From: Bryobacterales bacterium
GTDB taxonomy: Bacteria > Acidobacteriota > Terriglobia > Bryobacterales > UBA6623
Direction: 5' to 3'
Assembly (NCBI GenBank): GCA_965248305.1
Contig: OZ252099.1
Span: 4,977,981-5,041,980, forward strand
DNA: 64,000 nt
Part shown: one piece after another, positions 28,014-36,877 of the stretch
How positions within the stretch are numbered: the stretch's first letter is position 1
Layout of the letters: every line of letters begins with the position of its first letter
The notes under the pieces: generated by a model
Seen by the model: the letters and a program-made list of their open reading frames with translations, nothing else
Database searches by the model: none
Told to the model about the DNA's origin: nothing
Position numbers and translations under genes: made by a program

Positions 28014-29393
28014 ATGAGAGACCACTGGATCCGATCCGCCGCGCTAATGGTGGCCGTCACCTGCCCCTTGGCGGCGCAACAGCAGCCCGATGCCGTGATC
28101 ATGCTCTCGGACGAGCTGCGCGACCCGCGCACAGCCCTGCCGCAGATTCGGGGACCGCTCGCCGCTGCCAGCGCGATCGACCGGTTCAACGACGAGGTGT
28201 GGAAGGCGCTCGAGGCCTCCGGACGCCTCGAGCTGGTGCCCCGCAGCTTCTATCCGCGCAGCGCGCCGCGCCAGCCGGAGGACCTCCAGACTGACGCCGA
28301 GAATATGCCGGAGGATCCCGGCGCAAGGGGCCTTTGGCTAGGCGGCTGGCAGGAGGCGCCAGTGCTGGCGCGCTACTTGGTGTACGGCCAGATTGACGAC
28401 GTGGACGGACGTCTCGCCCTCCACGGATACGTCGCCGATGTCACCCAAGAGTCTGCCGAGGCATCGTACGTGTTCGGCAAGCGCTATTACAACGAAGCAA
28501 ACCTTGTCGGCGCACGCGCCATGGCATTCGAGTTCGCCCGCGACATCTTGCAGAATCTCGGCCTGGGCGAAGGCCTGGCCGGCACCCGTATCTATTACGT
28601 GCATCGGGATGACGGAGATGATCGCAAGGAAATCTGGGCGATGGACTACGACGGGCGGAACAAGGAGCGGGTGACGAACTACCGCAGTCTCTGCCTGACG
28701 CCAGCGGTGTCGCCGGCCGGGAACCGCATCGCCTTCACGACATTCGCCGAAGGGGTGCCCAAGATCTACGTGCATTCGCTGGAGACAGGCCGGCGGCTGC
28801 CCTTCTACAACCAAGACGCCTCCCTGAACACAACGCCTAGCTTTGCTCCGGACAACTCCTCGATTTACTTCGCATCGTCGGGGACCGGGCGCAGCCAACT
28901 GTACCGGGCCGACCCCGACGGCGGCAACCTGCGCAGAATCTCTTTTTCCCGATCGATCGACGTGCATCCGTCGGTCAATCCCAAGACCGGTGCGCACATT
29001 GCCTTCGTCTCGGACGCATCGGGCATGCCGCAGGTCTACATCATGAGCGCGGACGGCACGAACCGGCGCCGCGTGTCTGGAGGGGGCGGGGATGCGGTCC
29101 AGCCAGCATGGGATCCAACCGGCGAGCGCCTAGCCTTCGCTTGGACCAGAGGCTATGAGATCGGCAACTACAACATCTTCATGGTGGATGTCGCCAGCGG
29201 CCGCTACACCCAGCTAACACACAGCTCTGGGGTCAACGAGCACCCGACATTCTCGCCAAGCGGCACGCATATCGTGTTCGCGTCAGACCGGAGGGGATCG
29301 ACACAGATCTGGTCCATGCGCGCCGACGGCACGCAGTTACAACAGCTGACGAGCAGGGGCACGAACGAATCCCCGGTCTGGGCCGCGAAATGA
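28014..29393 (+). CDS. tolB: Tol-Pal system beta-propeller protein TolB
   Basis: Repeated TolB blades: PAVSPAGNRIAFT, PSFAPDNSSIYFASSGTGRSQLY, PSVNPKTGAHIAFVSDASGMPQVYIM, PAWDPTGERLAF, PTFSPSGTHIVFASDRRGSTQIW. Confidence 0.9.
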   Translation: MRDHWIRSAALMVAVTCPLAAQQQPDAVIMLSDELRDPRTALPQIRGPLAAASAIDRFNDEVWKALEASGRLELVPRSFYPRSAPRQPEDLQTDAENMPEDPGARGLWLGGWQEAPVLARYLVYGQIDDVDGRLALHGYVADVTQESAEASYVFGKRYYNEANLVGARAMAFEFARDILQNLGLGEGLAGTRIYYVHRDDGDDRKEIWAMDYDGRNKERVTNYRSLCLTPAVSPAGNRIAFTTFAEGVPKIYVHSLETGRRLPFYNQDASLNTTPSFAPDNSSIYFASSGTGRSQLYRADPDGGNLRRISFSRSIDVHPSVNPKTGAHIAFVSDASGMPQVYIMSADGTNRRRVSGGGGDAVQPAWDPTGERLAFAWTRGYEIGNYNIFMVDVASGRYTQLTHSSGVNEHPTFSPSGTHIVFASDRRGSTQIWSMRADGTQLQQLTSRGTNESPVWAAK

Positions 29394-29580
29394 CAGCCTC
29401 GCTTTGCTTGGAGAGAATCAAGCTGGATAGCCTGTTCAATCCGCGATCTGTCACGATTCGCACCTTCCATGCGCAGGCTAGATTGATGGAACCCTAAAAA
29501 TGCGATATCCTAGGTTGCGAAAACGTAAGGTTCGCTGTCCCGCATCCAGCGGAGGCAGAGATGGAGGAAATGTAAAACCC

Positions 29581-30345
29581 ATGCGATCGAAACAAAGAAT
29601 CATCCTGATTGCAATTGGCATCTTCTTGACGCTATTCGCCTTCGGCTGCAAAAAGGAAGCCCCGGCGCCGCCACCGCCGCCGCCACCGCCGCCGCCGCCC
29701 GAGGCTCCTGCGCCCAGTGTCAGCATTACAGCTGAGCCCAGTTCGATCGAGCGCGGTAAGGCAGCGATGCTGAAGTGGAGTTCCACAAACGCCGCAAGCG
29801 CTGAGATGAATCAAGGCGTTGGTGCCGTGGCCACAAGCGGCAACAGAGAAGTGTTCCCGACCAGGTCGACGGAGTACAGCATCACTGTCAAGAATGCCGA
29901 TGGCAAGACGGCGTCAGCGTCAGCGATGGTCACTGTTCGCGCACCGCCTCCGCCGCCGCCTCCGCCGCCCCCAAAGCCGGATCTGTCCGAGGCATTCGGG
30001 TCGAGCAACATCCGCGACGCGCTCTTCGATTACGACAAGAGTGATCTCCGCCCGGATGCACAGGACGCACTCCGCGGCAACGCAGCAGCGTTGAAGACGC
30101 TGCTGGCGGAGTACCCTGCGGCAGCTTTCCTGCTCGAGGGACACTGCGATGAGCGAGGTACCACGGAGTACAACCTGGCCTTGGGTGACAGGAGATCGAC
30201 GGCGGCGATGGACTTCCTCGTCAACCTCGGTATCCCCGCGAGCAGTATCTCCAAGGTGAGCCTGGGCGAGGAACGCCCGGCCTGCTCTGAAGAGAGCGAG
30301 AACTGTTACCAGCGCAACCGGCGGGCCCATCTGCGGCTCCGCTAG
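29581..30345 (+). CDS. pal: Peptidoglycan-associated lipoprotein (Pal, OmpA-C family) with an extended N-terminal region
   Basis: Lipobox LTLFAFGC at the ATG 29581 start. OmpA-like C-terminus DALFDYDKSDLRPDAQ...LEGHCDERGTTEYNLALGDRRS. Two poly-Pro runs flank an extra domain of about 80 aa. Confidence 0.85.
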   Translation: MRSKQRIILIAIGIFLTLFAFGCKKEAPAPPPPPPPPPPPEAPAPSVSITAEPSSIERGKAAMLKWSSTNAASAEMNQGVGAVATSGNREVFPTRSTEYSITVKNADGKTASASAMVTVRAPPPPPPPPPPKPDLSEAFGSSNIRDALFDYDKSDLRPDAQDALRGNAAALKTLLAEYPAAAFLLEGHCDERGTTEYNLALGDRRSTAAMDFLVNLGIPASSISKVSLGEERPACSEESENCYQRNRRAHLRLR

Positions 30346-30541
30346 CGTTGCACACCGGGTTCGCATGTTTGCAGCCTCCTCGCGCGGCGATCCGCCCAGG
30401 CCAGCAGGCTTGGCGGGTTGTCGCGCGCAAGGCGGTCCAATCTCGGAGGTCAATTCCCGGCACAGAACGCTGGCGATGTTCCGTGCGTCTCAGCTTGCAG
30501 TGCGGCTAGCCTGCGCGCAGGCCCGTACCAAGAGGTATCTC

Positions 30542-31402
30542 ATGTCGTTGAAAGCGCTAGTTCCAGCCGTCATTCTCTGCAGCACCGTGCTCGTTCCTGG
30601 AATGGTCGGTCAAAGGAAGGAACTCATCCAACTGCTACGAGACGTGGCGTTGCTTCAAGAATCACTGCGACAGAGCGAGCAAGCCAACTCCGAACGCATG
30701 GCCGCTTTGGAAGCCTTGCTGAGCCAGAACACTGACAAGCAGGACAAGCTTTCGGCCGGCCAAGCAGTCTTAGAGCGCAACATCGCAACGCTCGATGAAG
30801 CGCTGACTGAGCCGCTGCGCGCCACTGGTGCCAAGGTGGATTCACTGAACAGCCAGTTCTCGGATCTGCGCGCCACGGTCGAAGAAGCGGCTCTGGCGAT
30901 CGAGCGCATGACCTTGGACACGAAGGATATCAAGACACACTTGTCCACACTGCCTCCGCCGGGTGTCGGCGAGGACGGCGCTGGAAACACCGAGGCAGCA
31001 ATCAACGCCAGCGATGCGATCTTCGAGGGCGGAATGGCCGACTACCTACGCGGCAACATCGATTCCGCTAGGGGCCAGTTCATGGATTACTTGGCGCTGT
31101 ATCCAACGCATTCAAAGGCGGGCGAGTCGCAGTATTATCTTGCCGAGACATACTACTCTGCCTCGGACTACGAAGAAGCAGTCCGACAATTCGAGCAGGT
31201 GTACGAGCGCTACCCGCTCAGCGCTAGGACACCTGACGCGCTGTTGAAGCTGGGCATGTGCCGCGACAAGCTACGCGACAAGGATGCAGCCATCAAGTCC
31301 TTTGAAGACGTCATCAAACGCTTCCCGGACAACACTGCCGCCCAGCACGCTCGCTCCGAGTTGAACCGCTTGCTCAACGCCAAGCCCGCTCCGGGGCTAT
31401 AG
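30542..31402 (+). CDS. cpoB: Tol-Pal system protein CpoB/YbgF (coiled coil + TPR)
   Basis: Signal peptide (ALVPAVILCSTVLVPGMVG), an N-terminal coiled coil and C-terminal TPR repeats (AGESQYYLAETYYSASDYEEAVRQFEQVYERYP...PDALLKLGMCRDKLRDKDAAIKSFEDVIKRFP). Lies downstream of pal. Confidence 0.75.
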   Translation: MSLKALVPAVILCSTVLVPGMVGQRKELIQLLRDVALLQESLRQSEQANSERMAALEALLSQNTDKQDKLSAGQAVLERNIATLDEALTEPLRATGAKVDSLNSQFSDLRATVEEAALAIERMTLDTKDIKTHLSTLPPPGVGEDGAGNTEAAINASDAIFEGGMADYLRGNIDSARGQFMDYLALYPTHSKAGESQYYLAETYYSASDYEEAVRQFEQVYERYPLSARTPDALLKLGMCRDKLRDKDAAIKSFEDVIKRFPDNTAAQHARSELNRLLNAKPAPGL

Positions 31403-31416
31403 CGACAGACGCCGCC

Positions 31417-31860
31417 GTGGCGCAAGCTAATCCAGATAAGCCCCAAGTCCTGTTCCTGTGCACCGGCAATTCATGCCGGAGCCAAATGGCGGAGGGGTTG
31501 TTGCGCTCGCTGGCCGGCGACCGTTTCGAAGTGCATTCGGCGGGCACTCAGCCCCAGGGCGTGAATCCTGGTGCGATTCGTGCCATGGCAGAGCTGGGCA
31601 TCGACATCTCGCAGCATCGCTCCGACCATGTCGACCGCTACATTCAATCGGGGATCGATACCGTCATCACAGTCTGTGACCGGGCCGCTTCGAACTGCCC
31701 CACGTTGCCGGCACAGGCGCACAAGGTCCACTGGAGCTTTGACGACCCAGCTACAGCCGCTGGCAGCGAGACAGAGCGCCGTGCCGTATTCCAACGCGTG
31801 CGGGACGAGCTCGCGGAAGCGATTCGGGGCTGGCTGGCCGAGCGCCACCCGACTTCCTGA
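31417..31860 (+). CDS. arsC: Arsenate reductase (LMW-PTPase-type, thioredoxin-coupled)
   Basis: GTG start. P-loop VLFLCTGNSCRSQMAEG and the downstream Cys pair (VITVCDRAASNCP) are typical of the ArsC/LMWP family. Confidence 0.8.
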   Translation: MAQANPDKPQVLFLCTGNSCRSQMAEGLLRSLAGDRFEVHSAGTQPQGVNPGAIRAMAELGIDISQHRSDHVDRYIQSGIDTVITVCDRAASNCPTLPAQAHKVHWSFDDPATAAGSETERRAVFQRVRDELAEAIRGWLAERHPTS

Positions 31861-31865
31861 TCGGG

Positions 31866-34268
31866 TTACAGCTCCTGCAGCTTTGCTGGCCCCGCGATCA
31901 GCTTCTTCAAGCCGTACTTGTCAAAGTACACGGACAGTTTCGCCTTGGGGCCTTCGCCCTCGCGCCGCTGCACGACGCCGATGCCGAACTTACGGTGCAT
32001 CACGCGGGAACCCCGCGCAAATGGCCCCTGCGCGTGCAGCCCTCTCACTGCCTGGCCCAATTTCGGCTTAGCAGGCTTGGCCGCGCCCGGCCGGCCCCCA
32101 GTAGCGCCCGGGTCGCTGGGAGGTGGGGCCTTTGCGGGCTGCACATCGAGCGGAACGCCCCGCTGCTGGAAGAAAGTCGCCACGGCCCCGAGAGAATCCC
32201 TGGTCTGCAATCCTGCAGCGGCTACCGCGGATGGCCCCCCCTGCGAGCGGGGGCTGCCACTGGCCTGCAGATCGTCGAGGGAGCCTGAATAGGCTCGCGG
32301 CGCCTCGTATCGGGCCGAGTCCCACCAAACCTCGTTGATCAGCTCTGGCGGTATCTCACGCAAGAACCTAGACGGCCTCGTTGGCATCAGTGCTTCCTCT
32401 CCGTACATCCACCGCACACGGGCGCCTGTCAGAATCAGATGCCTCTGCGCCCTGGTCATGCCCACATAGCAGAGCCGCCGCTCCTCCTCCAGCAGCCTAC
32501 CGCTGGCGTCATGCTTGATGGTCCAATGTGGGAGCAGCGCCTCATCCATCCCGGCTATCACCACGACAGGAAACTCGAGACCCTTCGCGCTGTGCAGGGT
32601 CATGAGCAGAACTCTCACCTCTCTTTGAATCTTGTCCGTATCCGCTACCAGTGCCGCGTGATCCAGGAATTCCTGCAAGGTCTCATCCCTCTCGTCCGCC
32701 TCCTGCGCCGCGACAATCAGTTCATGGACATTCTCCCGGCGGGCGATCGATTCGTCCGAGCTGTCCGAGGTCAGCATTTCCCGATACCCGGTCTCGTTGA
32801 GGGCCCAGTCCACCAGCGACTCGATATCTGCGGTCTCGGCCTTCTCGCGCATTGCAACCATCAGATCCCGAAACGCGGACAAGGCGCTCCGAGCACGGCG
32901 TGAAACGAAGCGTCCGTCCACCGCCTCTTCAAGGGCCCGCCATAGCGAGGTGCCATGGAGCGAGGCATGCTCCCGCAAGCGTCCCACCGTCGACCGGCCA
33001 ATACCCCGGGCGGGTACGTTTAGAATCCGCCGGAGGCTGATCCCATCTTCGGGGGAGACGGCGGCCCTAAGATACGCGAGCAAGTCCCTGATCTCGGCAC
33101 GGTCGAAAAAGGCAACCCCGCCCACCAGCACGAACTCGATTCCCTCCCGGTGCAGTGCAGTCTCGAGCTGGCGTGATTGCGCGTTGGTGCGGTACAGCAC
33201 ACTGACCCGAATGTCCGGATCGGAATCCAACAGTTCGCGCACAGAGTGCGTGACAAAGCGCGCCTCAGCCCAAGCGTCCGCCGCACGGTAGTGGACGAGC
33301 TGATCGCCGACCGGTCCCTCTGTCCAAAGCGTTTTGCCCAGGCGCTGGAAATTGCGCTGAACAACCGCGGATGCCGCCGCGAGGATGCTGCGTGTAGAAC
33401 GGTAGTTCTGCTCTAGGCGGATAATCTTTGCCGCGGGAAAGTGTGACTCAAACCCTAGGATGTTGCCGATGTCGGCTCCCCGCCACGAGTAAATCGCTTG
33501 ATCTTCGTCTCCAACCACGCAGACATTGCGACGCGGTTCGGTCACCAGACGCATCAGGTCAAACTGCGCATGATTCGTGTCTTGGTACTCGTCGATCAAC
33601 AAGTGGTGGTAGCGATCCCGGACGGCCTCCCGGACCGCACTGCTGTGCCGCAGGAGGCTGACCGCCTCAAGCAGCAGGTCATCGAAGTCGAGCAAGTTCG
33701 AAGCTAGCAGCTCGGCCTGATAGCACGTGAAAACCGCACTCAGTGTCTGGGTATCGAGTTTATCCCCAACGCGCGATTCGAAATCGCTCAGACCGGAATT
33801 CTTAATCTTGCTGATGCCGCTCCGCAGTGCCCGCGGCTTGATGACGCCCGGGCCGACCCCGGCCGCCTGCGCAGCGTCTTTGACTACAGCCAATTGGTCC
33901 GTGGCATCGCAGACCCCGAAGTACCTCGTGAAGCCCGGGCGGATCTCGGCGAGCGGCTCACCGTGCTGTCGCAGCAGCCGAAGGCAAAAGGAGTGGAATG
34001 TCGAGACAGCTGGCAAGCCACTTCCCGCCCAGCCGTGATTGTGCAGCAGGCTTCCGATGCGGTCTCGCATCTCGCCAGCGGCCTTGTTGGTGAACGTGAC
34101 GGCCAGGATCGAAGACGGACTCACGCCTTTGTCGAGGATCAGGTGAGCCACGCGGGTAACGATCACGCGCGTCTTGCCGCTGCCGGCTCCGGCGAGCACC
34201 AGCAAGGGACCCTCGGTGTGCAATACAGCTTCTCGCTGCCGCGGATTCAGGTCTGCAAGCAACGACAT
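31866..34268 (-). CDS. uvrD: ATP-dependent DNA helicase UvrD/PcrA
   Basis: SF1 motifs: LVLAGAGSGKTRVI, AVTFTNKAAGEM, LLIDEYQDTNHAQ, VVGDEDQAIYSWRGA, YRTNAQSR, LMTLHSAKGLEF, LCYVGMTRAQ. Tudor-like C-terminal tail (VMHRKFGIGVV...). Confidence 0.9.
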   Translation of the reverse strand: MSLLADLNPRQREAVLHTEGPLLVLAGAGSGKTRVIVTRVAHLILDKGVSPSSILAVTFTNKAAGEMRDRIGSLLHNHGWAGSGLPAVSTFHSFCLRLLRQHGEPLAEIRPGFTRYFGVCDATDQLAVVKDAAQAAGVGPGVIKPRALRSGISKIKNSGLSDFESRVGDKLDTQTLSAVFTCYQAELLASNLLDFDDLLLEAVSLLRHSSAVREAVRDRYHHLLIDEYQDTNHAQFDLMRLVTEPRRNVCVVGDEDQAIYSWRGADIGNILGFESHFPAAKIIRLEQNYRSTRSILAAASAVVQRNFQRLGKTLWTEGPVGDQLVHYRAADAWAEARFVTHSVRELLDSDPDIRVSVLYRTNAQSRQLETALHREGIEFVLVGGVAFFDRAEIRDLLAYLRAAVSPEDGISLRRILNVPARGIGRSTVGRLREHASLHGTSLWRALEEAVDGRFVSRRARSALSAFRDLMVAMREKAETADIESLVDWALNETGYREMLTSDSSDESIARRENVHELIVAAQEADERDETLQEFLDHAALVADTDKIQREVRVLLMTLHSAKGLEFPVVVIAGMDEALLPHWTIKHDASGRLLEEERRLCYVGMTRAQRHLILTGARVRWMYGEEALMPTRPSRFLREIPPELINEVWWDSARYEAPRAYSGSLDDLQASGSPRSQGGPSAVAAAGLQTRDSLGAVATFFQQRGVPLDVQPAKAPPPSDPGATGGRPGAAKPAKPKLGQAVRGLHAQGPFARGSRVMHRKFGIGVVQRREGEGPKAKLSVYFDKYGLKKLIAGPAKLQEL

Positions 34269-34373
34269 CGTACCCCCTCATCTTACCGACCGCAGCGCTG
34301 GCCTTCGGCTGCAGGCGTGAGACCGGCGCGGCCGCCGGCGCACTCGCTGCGGCCTAGGGTTGCCTGCCGCTGC

Positions 34374-36794
34374 CTGCCCATGCCCCAGATCTCGCACTTG
34401 ACAACTGTAGGGTGGTTGTGGCATGTCTAAAGCATGCTCGACCAACATTGCATTGCGGAGACCCTCTCGCACTCAGAGGCCGTGGAGACCCTGCGGGTGC
34501 TGCGGACGCAGGCTGGCGACACCAGCCGGAGCGCGTTCGCCCGGCACGTGTGCCGGGAGTTCGGTTTCGTGAACAGTCGCGGCCAGCCGCAGGTGGCGAG
34601 CTGCCAGAAGGCCTTGCGCAGTCTGCACAGCGCGGGACGCATCGATTTGCCGGCCCCGCGCCATGGCGGCCGCGCCGGTGACTGCCGTCCGCGTCGGCTC
34701 GGCCAGCCGGTCCCGCCACCGCAAGCAGTTCCGCCTGCGGCGGGGGCGGTCGCCGGGCTCAAGTTGACCCTGGTGACGAGTCCGCAACAGCGGCGGACCT
34801 GGAACGAGCTGGTCGCCAGCGAGCACCCGCAGGGAGCCGTGCTGCACGTCGGTGCCCAGCTGCGCTACCTGATTGAGTCCGAGCACGGCCTGCTGGGGGC
34901 GCTCGGCTTCGCCGCCGCGGCCTTGGCGGTGGCGGCCCGCGACGAGTGGATTGGCTGGGATGCGCAACTGCGCCGCAAGCGGCTGCACCGCGTGCTGGGC
35001 CTGAGCCGCTTCCTGATCCGTCCCAGCGTGCGCTGTCACCTGCTCGCTTCCAAGGTGCTCGGCATGGTCCGGCGGCGGCTGCCGGAGGACTTCCTCCAGC
35101 GCTATGGCTACCGGCCTGCCCTGCTGGAAACCTATTGCGATCCGCAGCAGCACGCCGGCACGTGTTTCCGCGCCGCTAACTGGACCTGCGTCGGCCAGAC
35201 CGGCGGGCGCGGGCGTTTCGCCCGGCCCGGCCAGCGCGTGCCGGTCAAGGCCATCTTCGTCTACCCCCTGCAGCGCGACTGGCGGCGCCTGCTCGGGGCC
35301 GCCGCAGCGCCGCCCGGCCAGCCGCTGGGGCCGGCCGACGGGCTGGCCCTGGACGAGTTCGCGGCCAACGAACTGGGCCAGGCGCCGCTGGGTGATCTAC
35401 GCTTGTCGAAGCGGCTGGTGCAGACCGCGCAGATGCAGGCCGCCGCTCCCATGGCCTCGATCCCCGCCGCCGCGCAGGGCCAGCGGGCCGCCGTCAAGGG
35501 CCACTACCGCCTGATCGACCAGCCGGACGACTCGGCGGTGACCCCGCAGAACATCCTGGCGCCGCACCGCCAGCGCACGCTGCGGCGCCTGCAGGCCGAG
35601 CGCACGGTGCTGTGCGTGCAGGACGGCACCGAGCTCAACTTTGCCGAGCATCCCGGCTGTGCGGGGCTGGGCTACATCGGCAAGAACAAGCGCTCGGAGG
35701 GCACGCTGGGGCTGCACATGCACTCGACGCTGGCGGTCAGCCCGGAGGGCATCCCGCTGGGGCTGCTGCAAATCCAGTACGACGCGCCGGACGGGCAGGC
35801 GCAGCGCGGGCGGCCGCTGGAGGAGCGCAAGACCTTCCGCTGGATCCGCGGGTTGCGCGACTGCGCGGAGGTAGCGGGCCAGTTGGCGGGCCCGCGCCTG
35901 GTGGCGGTGATGGACCGCGAGGCCGACGTGCAGGCGCTGTTCGCCGAGCAGCGGCGGCTGGAGGGAGTCGAGTTGCTGGTGCGGGCCAAGCACAACCGCG
36001 TCCTGGGCGCGCCCCGGCCGAAGCTGTTCGAGCACATGCGGGCACAGCCGGTGGGGGGCCAGTTGGAGATCAAGGTGCAGCGGAGTTCGGCGCGGCGGGG
36101 CCCGCGCCGGCAGTCCGCCAGCGCGCTGCGCGCGGCGCGCACGGCGCAGGCCGAGTTGCGCTGGCAGACGGTCGAGTTGCCGGCCCCGGCGCGCGGCGAG
36201 GCAGCGCTGCGGATGCAGCTGGTGCACGTGTGGGAGCGGGCGGCGCCGGAGGGGGTGGAAGCGTTGGAGTGGTTCCTGCTGACGACGTTGCCGGTGGCGT
36301 CGCTGGCGGATGCGGAGCAGGTGCTGGAGTGGTACCGGCTGCGCTGGCGCATCGAGGACTGGCACCGGATGCTCAAGTCCGGCTGCAAGGTGGAGTACCT
36401 GGGGCACCGCACGGGGCAGCGGATCGAGCGGGCGGTGACGATCAAGGCGGTGATCGCCTGGCGGCTGGCCGCGATGACCCTGCTGGGACGGGAGACCCCC
36501 GAATTACCGAGCGAGGTGTTCTTCACGCAGATCCAGCTGCGCGTGCTGCGCCACTTCGCGTCCAAGCGCGGGCTGGCCGCGCCGGGCAATCTGGGGCTGG
36601 CGGTGCGGACCATGGCGATCTTGGGCGGCTACCTGTACCGTGCGCACGCTCCGCCGCCGGGCCATCAAAAGATCTGGGAGGGCTGGACCCGCTTGACCAT
36701 CATGAGCGAAGCCTATGAGCTGAAAGACTACTTCGAGCCGCCCGCCAGCGCCTCTCAGGCTGAGCCCGAATCGTGATTTGTGGGGCAACGGCAG
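34374..36794 (+). mobile_element. IS4-family (Tn5/IS50-like) insertion sequence, copy A, 2421 bp, with an 8-bp target duplication
   Basis: Bounded by imperfect inverted ends CTGCCCATGCCCCAGATC (34374...) and the complement of CTGCCGTTGCCCCACAAATC (...36794). Flanked by the direct repeat GCCGCTGC at 34366-34373 and 36795-36802. Near-identical to 55871..58279. Confidence 0.85.
34434..36776 (+). CDS. Fusion protein: DUF4338-like N-terminal module plus a complete Tn5-type DDE transposase (780 aa)
   Basis: C-terminal two-thirds: Tn5-like DNA-binding segment (LGDLRLSKRLVQTAQ...GHYRLIDQP); DDE residues in VQDGTELNF, VAVMDREADV and RWRIEDWHRMLK (Y-2-R-3-E-6-K signature). N-terminal roughly 290 aa: RTWNELV...RYLIESEHGLLGALGF...ARDEWIGWD...LSRFLIRP...LLASKVLG...LLETYCDP...GTCFRAANW. 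Confidence 0.85.
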   Translation: MLDQHCIAETLSHSEAVETLRVLRTQAGDTSRSAFARHVCREFGFVNSRGQPQVASCQKALRSLHSAGRIDLPAPRHGGRAGDCRPRRLGQPVPPPQAVPPAAGAVAGLKLTLVTSPQQRRTWNELVASEHPQGAVLHVGAQLRYLIESEHGLLGALGFAAAALAVAARDEWIGWDAQLRRKRLHRVLGLSRFLIRPSVRCHLLASKVLGMVRRRLPEDFLQRYGYRPALLETYCDPQQHAGTCFRAANWTCVGQTGGRGRFARPGQRVPVKAIFVYPLQRDWRRLLGAAAAPPGQPLGPADGLALDEFAANELGQAPLGDLRLSKRLVQTAQMQAAAPMASIPAAAQGQRAAVKGHYRLIDQPDDSAVTPQNILAPHRQRTLRRLQAERTVLCVQDGTELNFAEHPGCAGLGYIGKNKRSEGTLGLHMHSTLAVSPEGIPLGLLQIQYDAPDGQAQRGRPLEERKTFRWIRGLRDCAEVAGQLAGPRLVAVMDREADVQALFAEQRRLEGVELLVRAKHNRVLGAPRPKLFEHMRAQPVGGQLEIKVQRSSARRGPRRQSASALRAARTAQAELRWQTVELPAPARGEAALRMQLVHVWERAAPEGVEALEWFLLTTLPVASLADAEQVLEWYRLRWRIEDWHRMLKSGCKVEYLGHRTGQRIERAVTIKAVIAWRLAAMTLLGRETPELPSEVFFTQIQLRVLRHFASKRGLAAPGNLGLAVRTMAILGGYLYRAHAPPPGHQKIWEGWTRLTIMSEAYELKDYFEPPASASQAEPES

Positions 36795-36877
36795 GCCGCT
36801 GCTGCGTCTCCTCGCTTGCACGAACTCCCACGCTGCACTCCCCAAGGAGCGCTGGCGAGGGACTACAATGTGTCGGG

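Noticed and set aside
29660-29975. CCG/CCA-rich repetitive DNA, considered as a tandem repeat or CRISPR-like array.
   Set aside because: The two runs are in-frame poly-proline-coding stretches inside the pal gene. There is no repeat-spacer periodicity.
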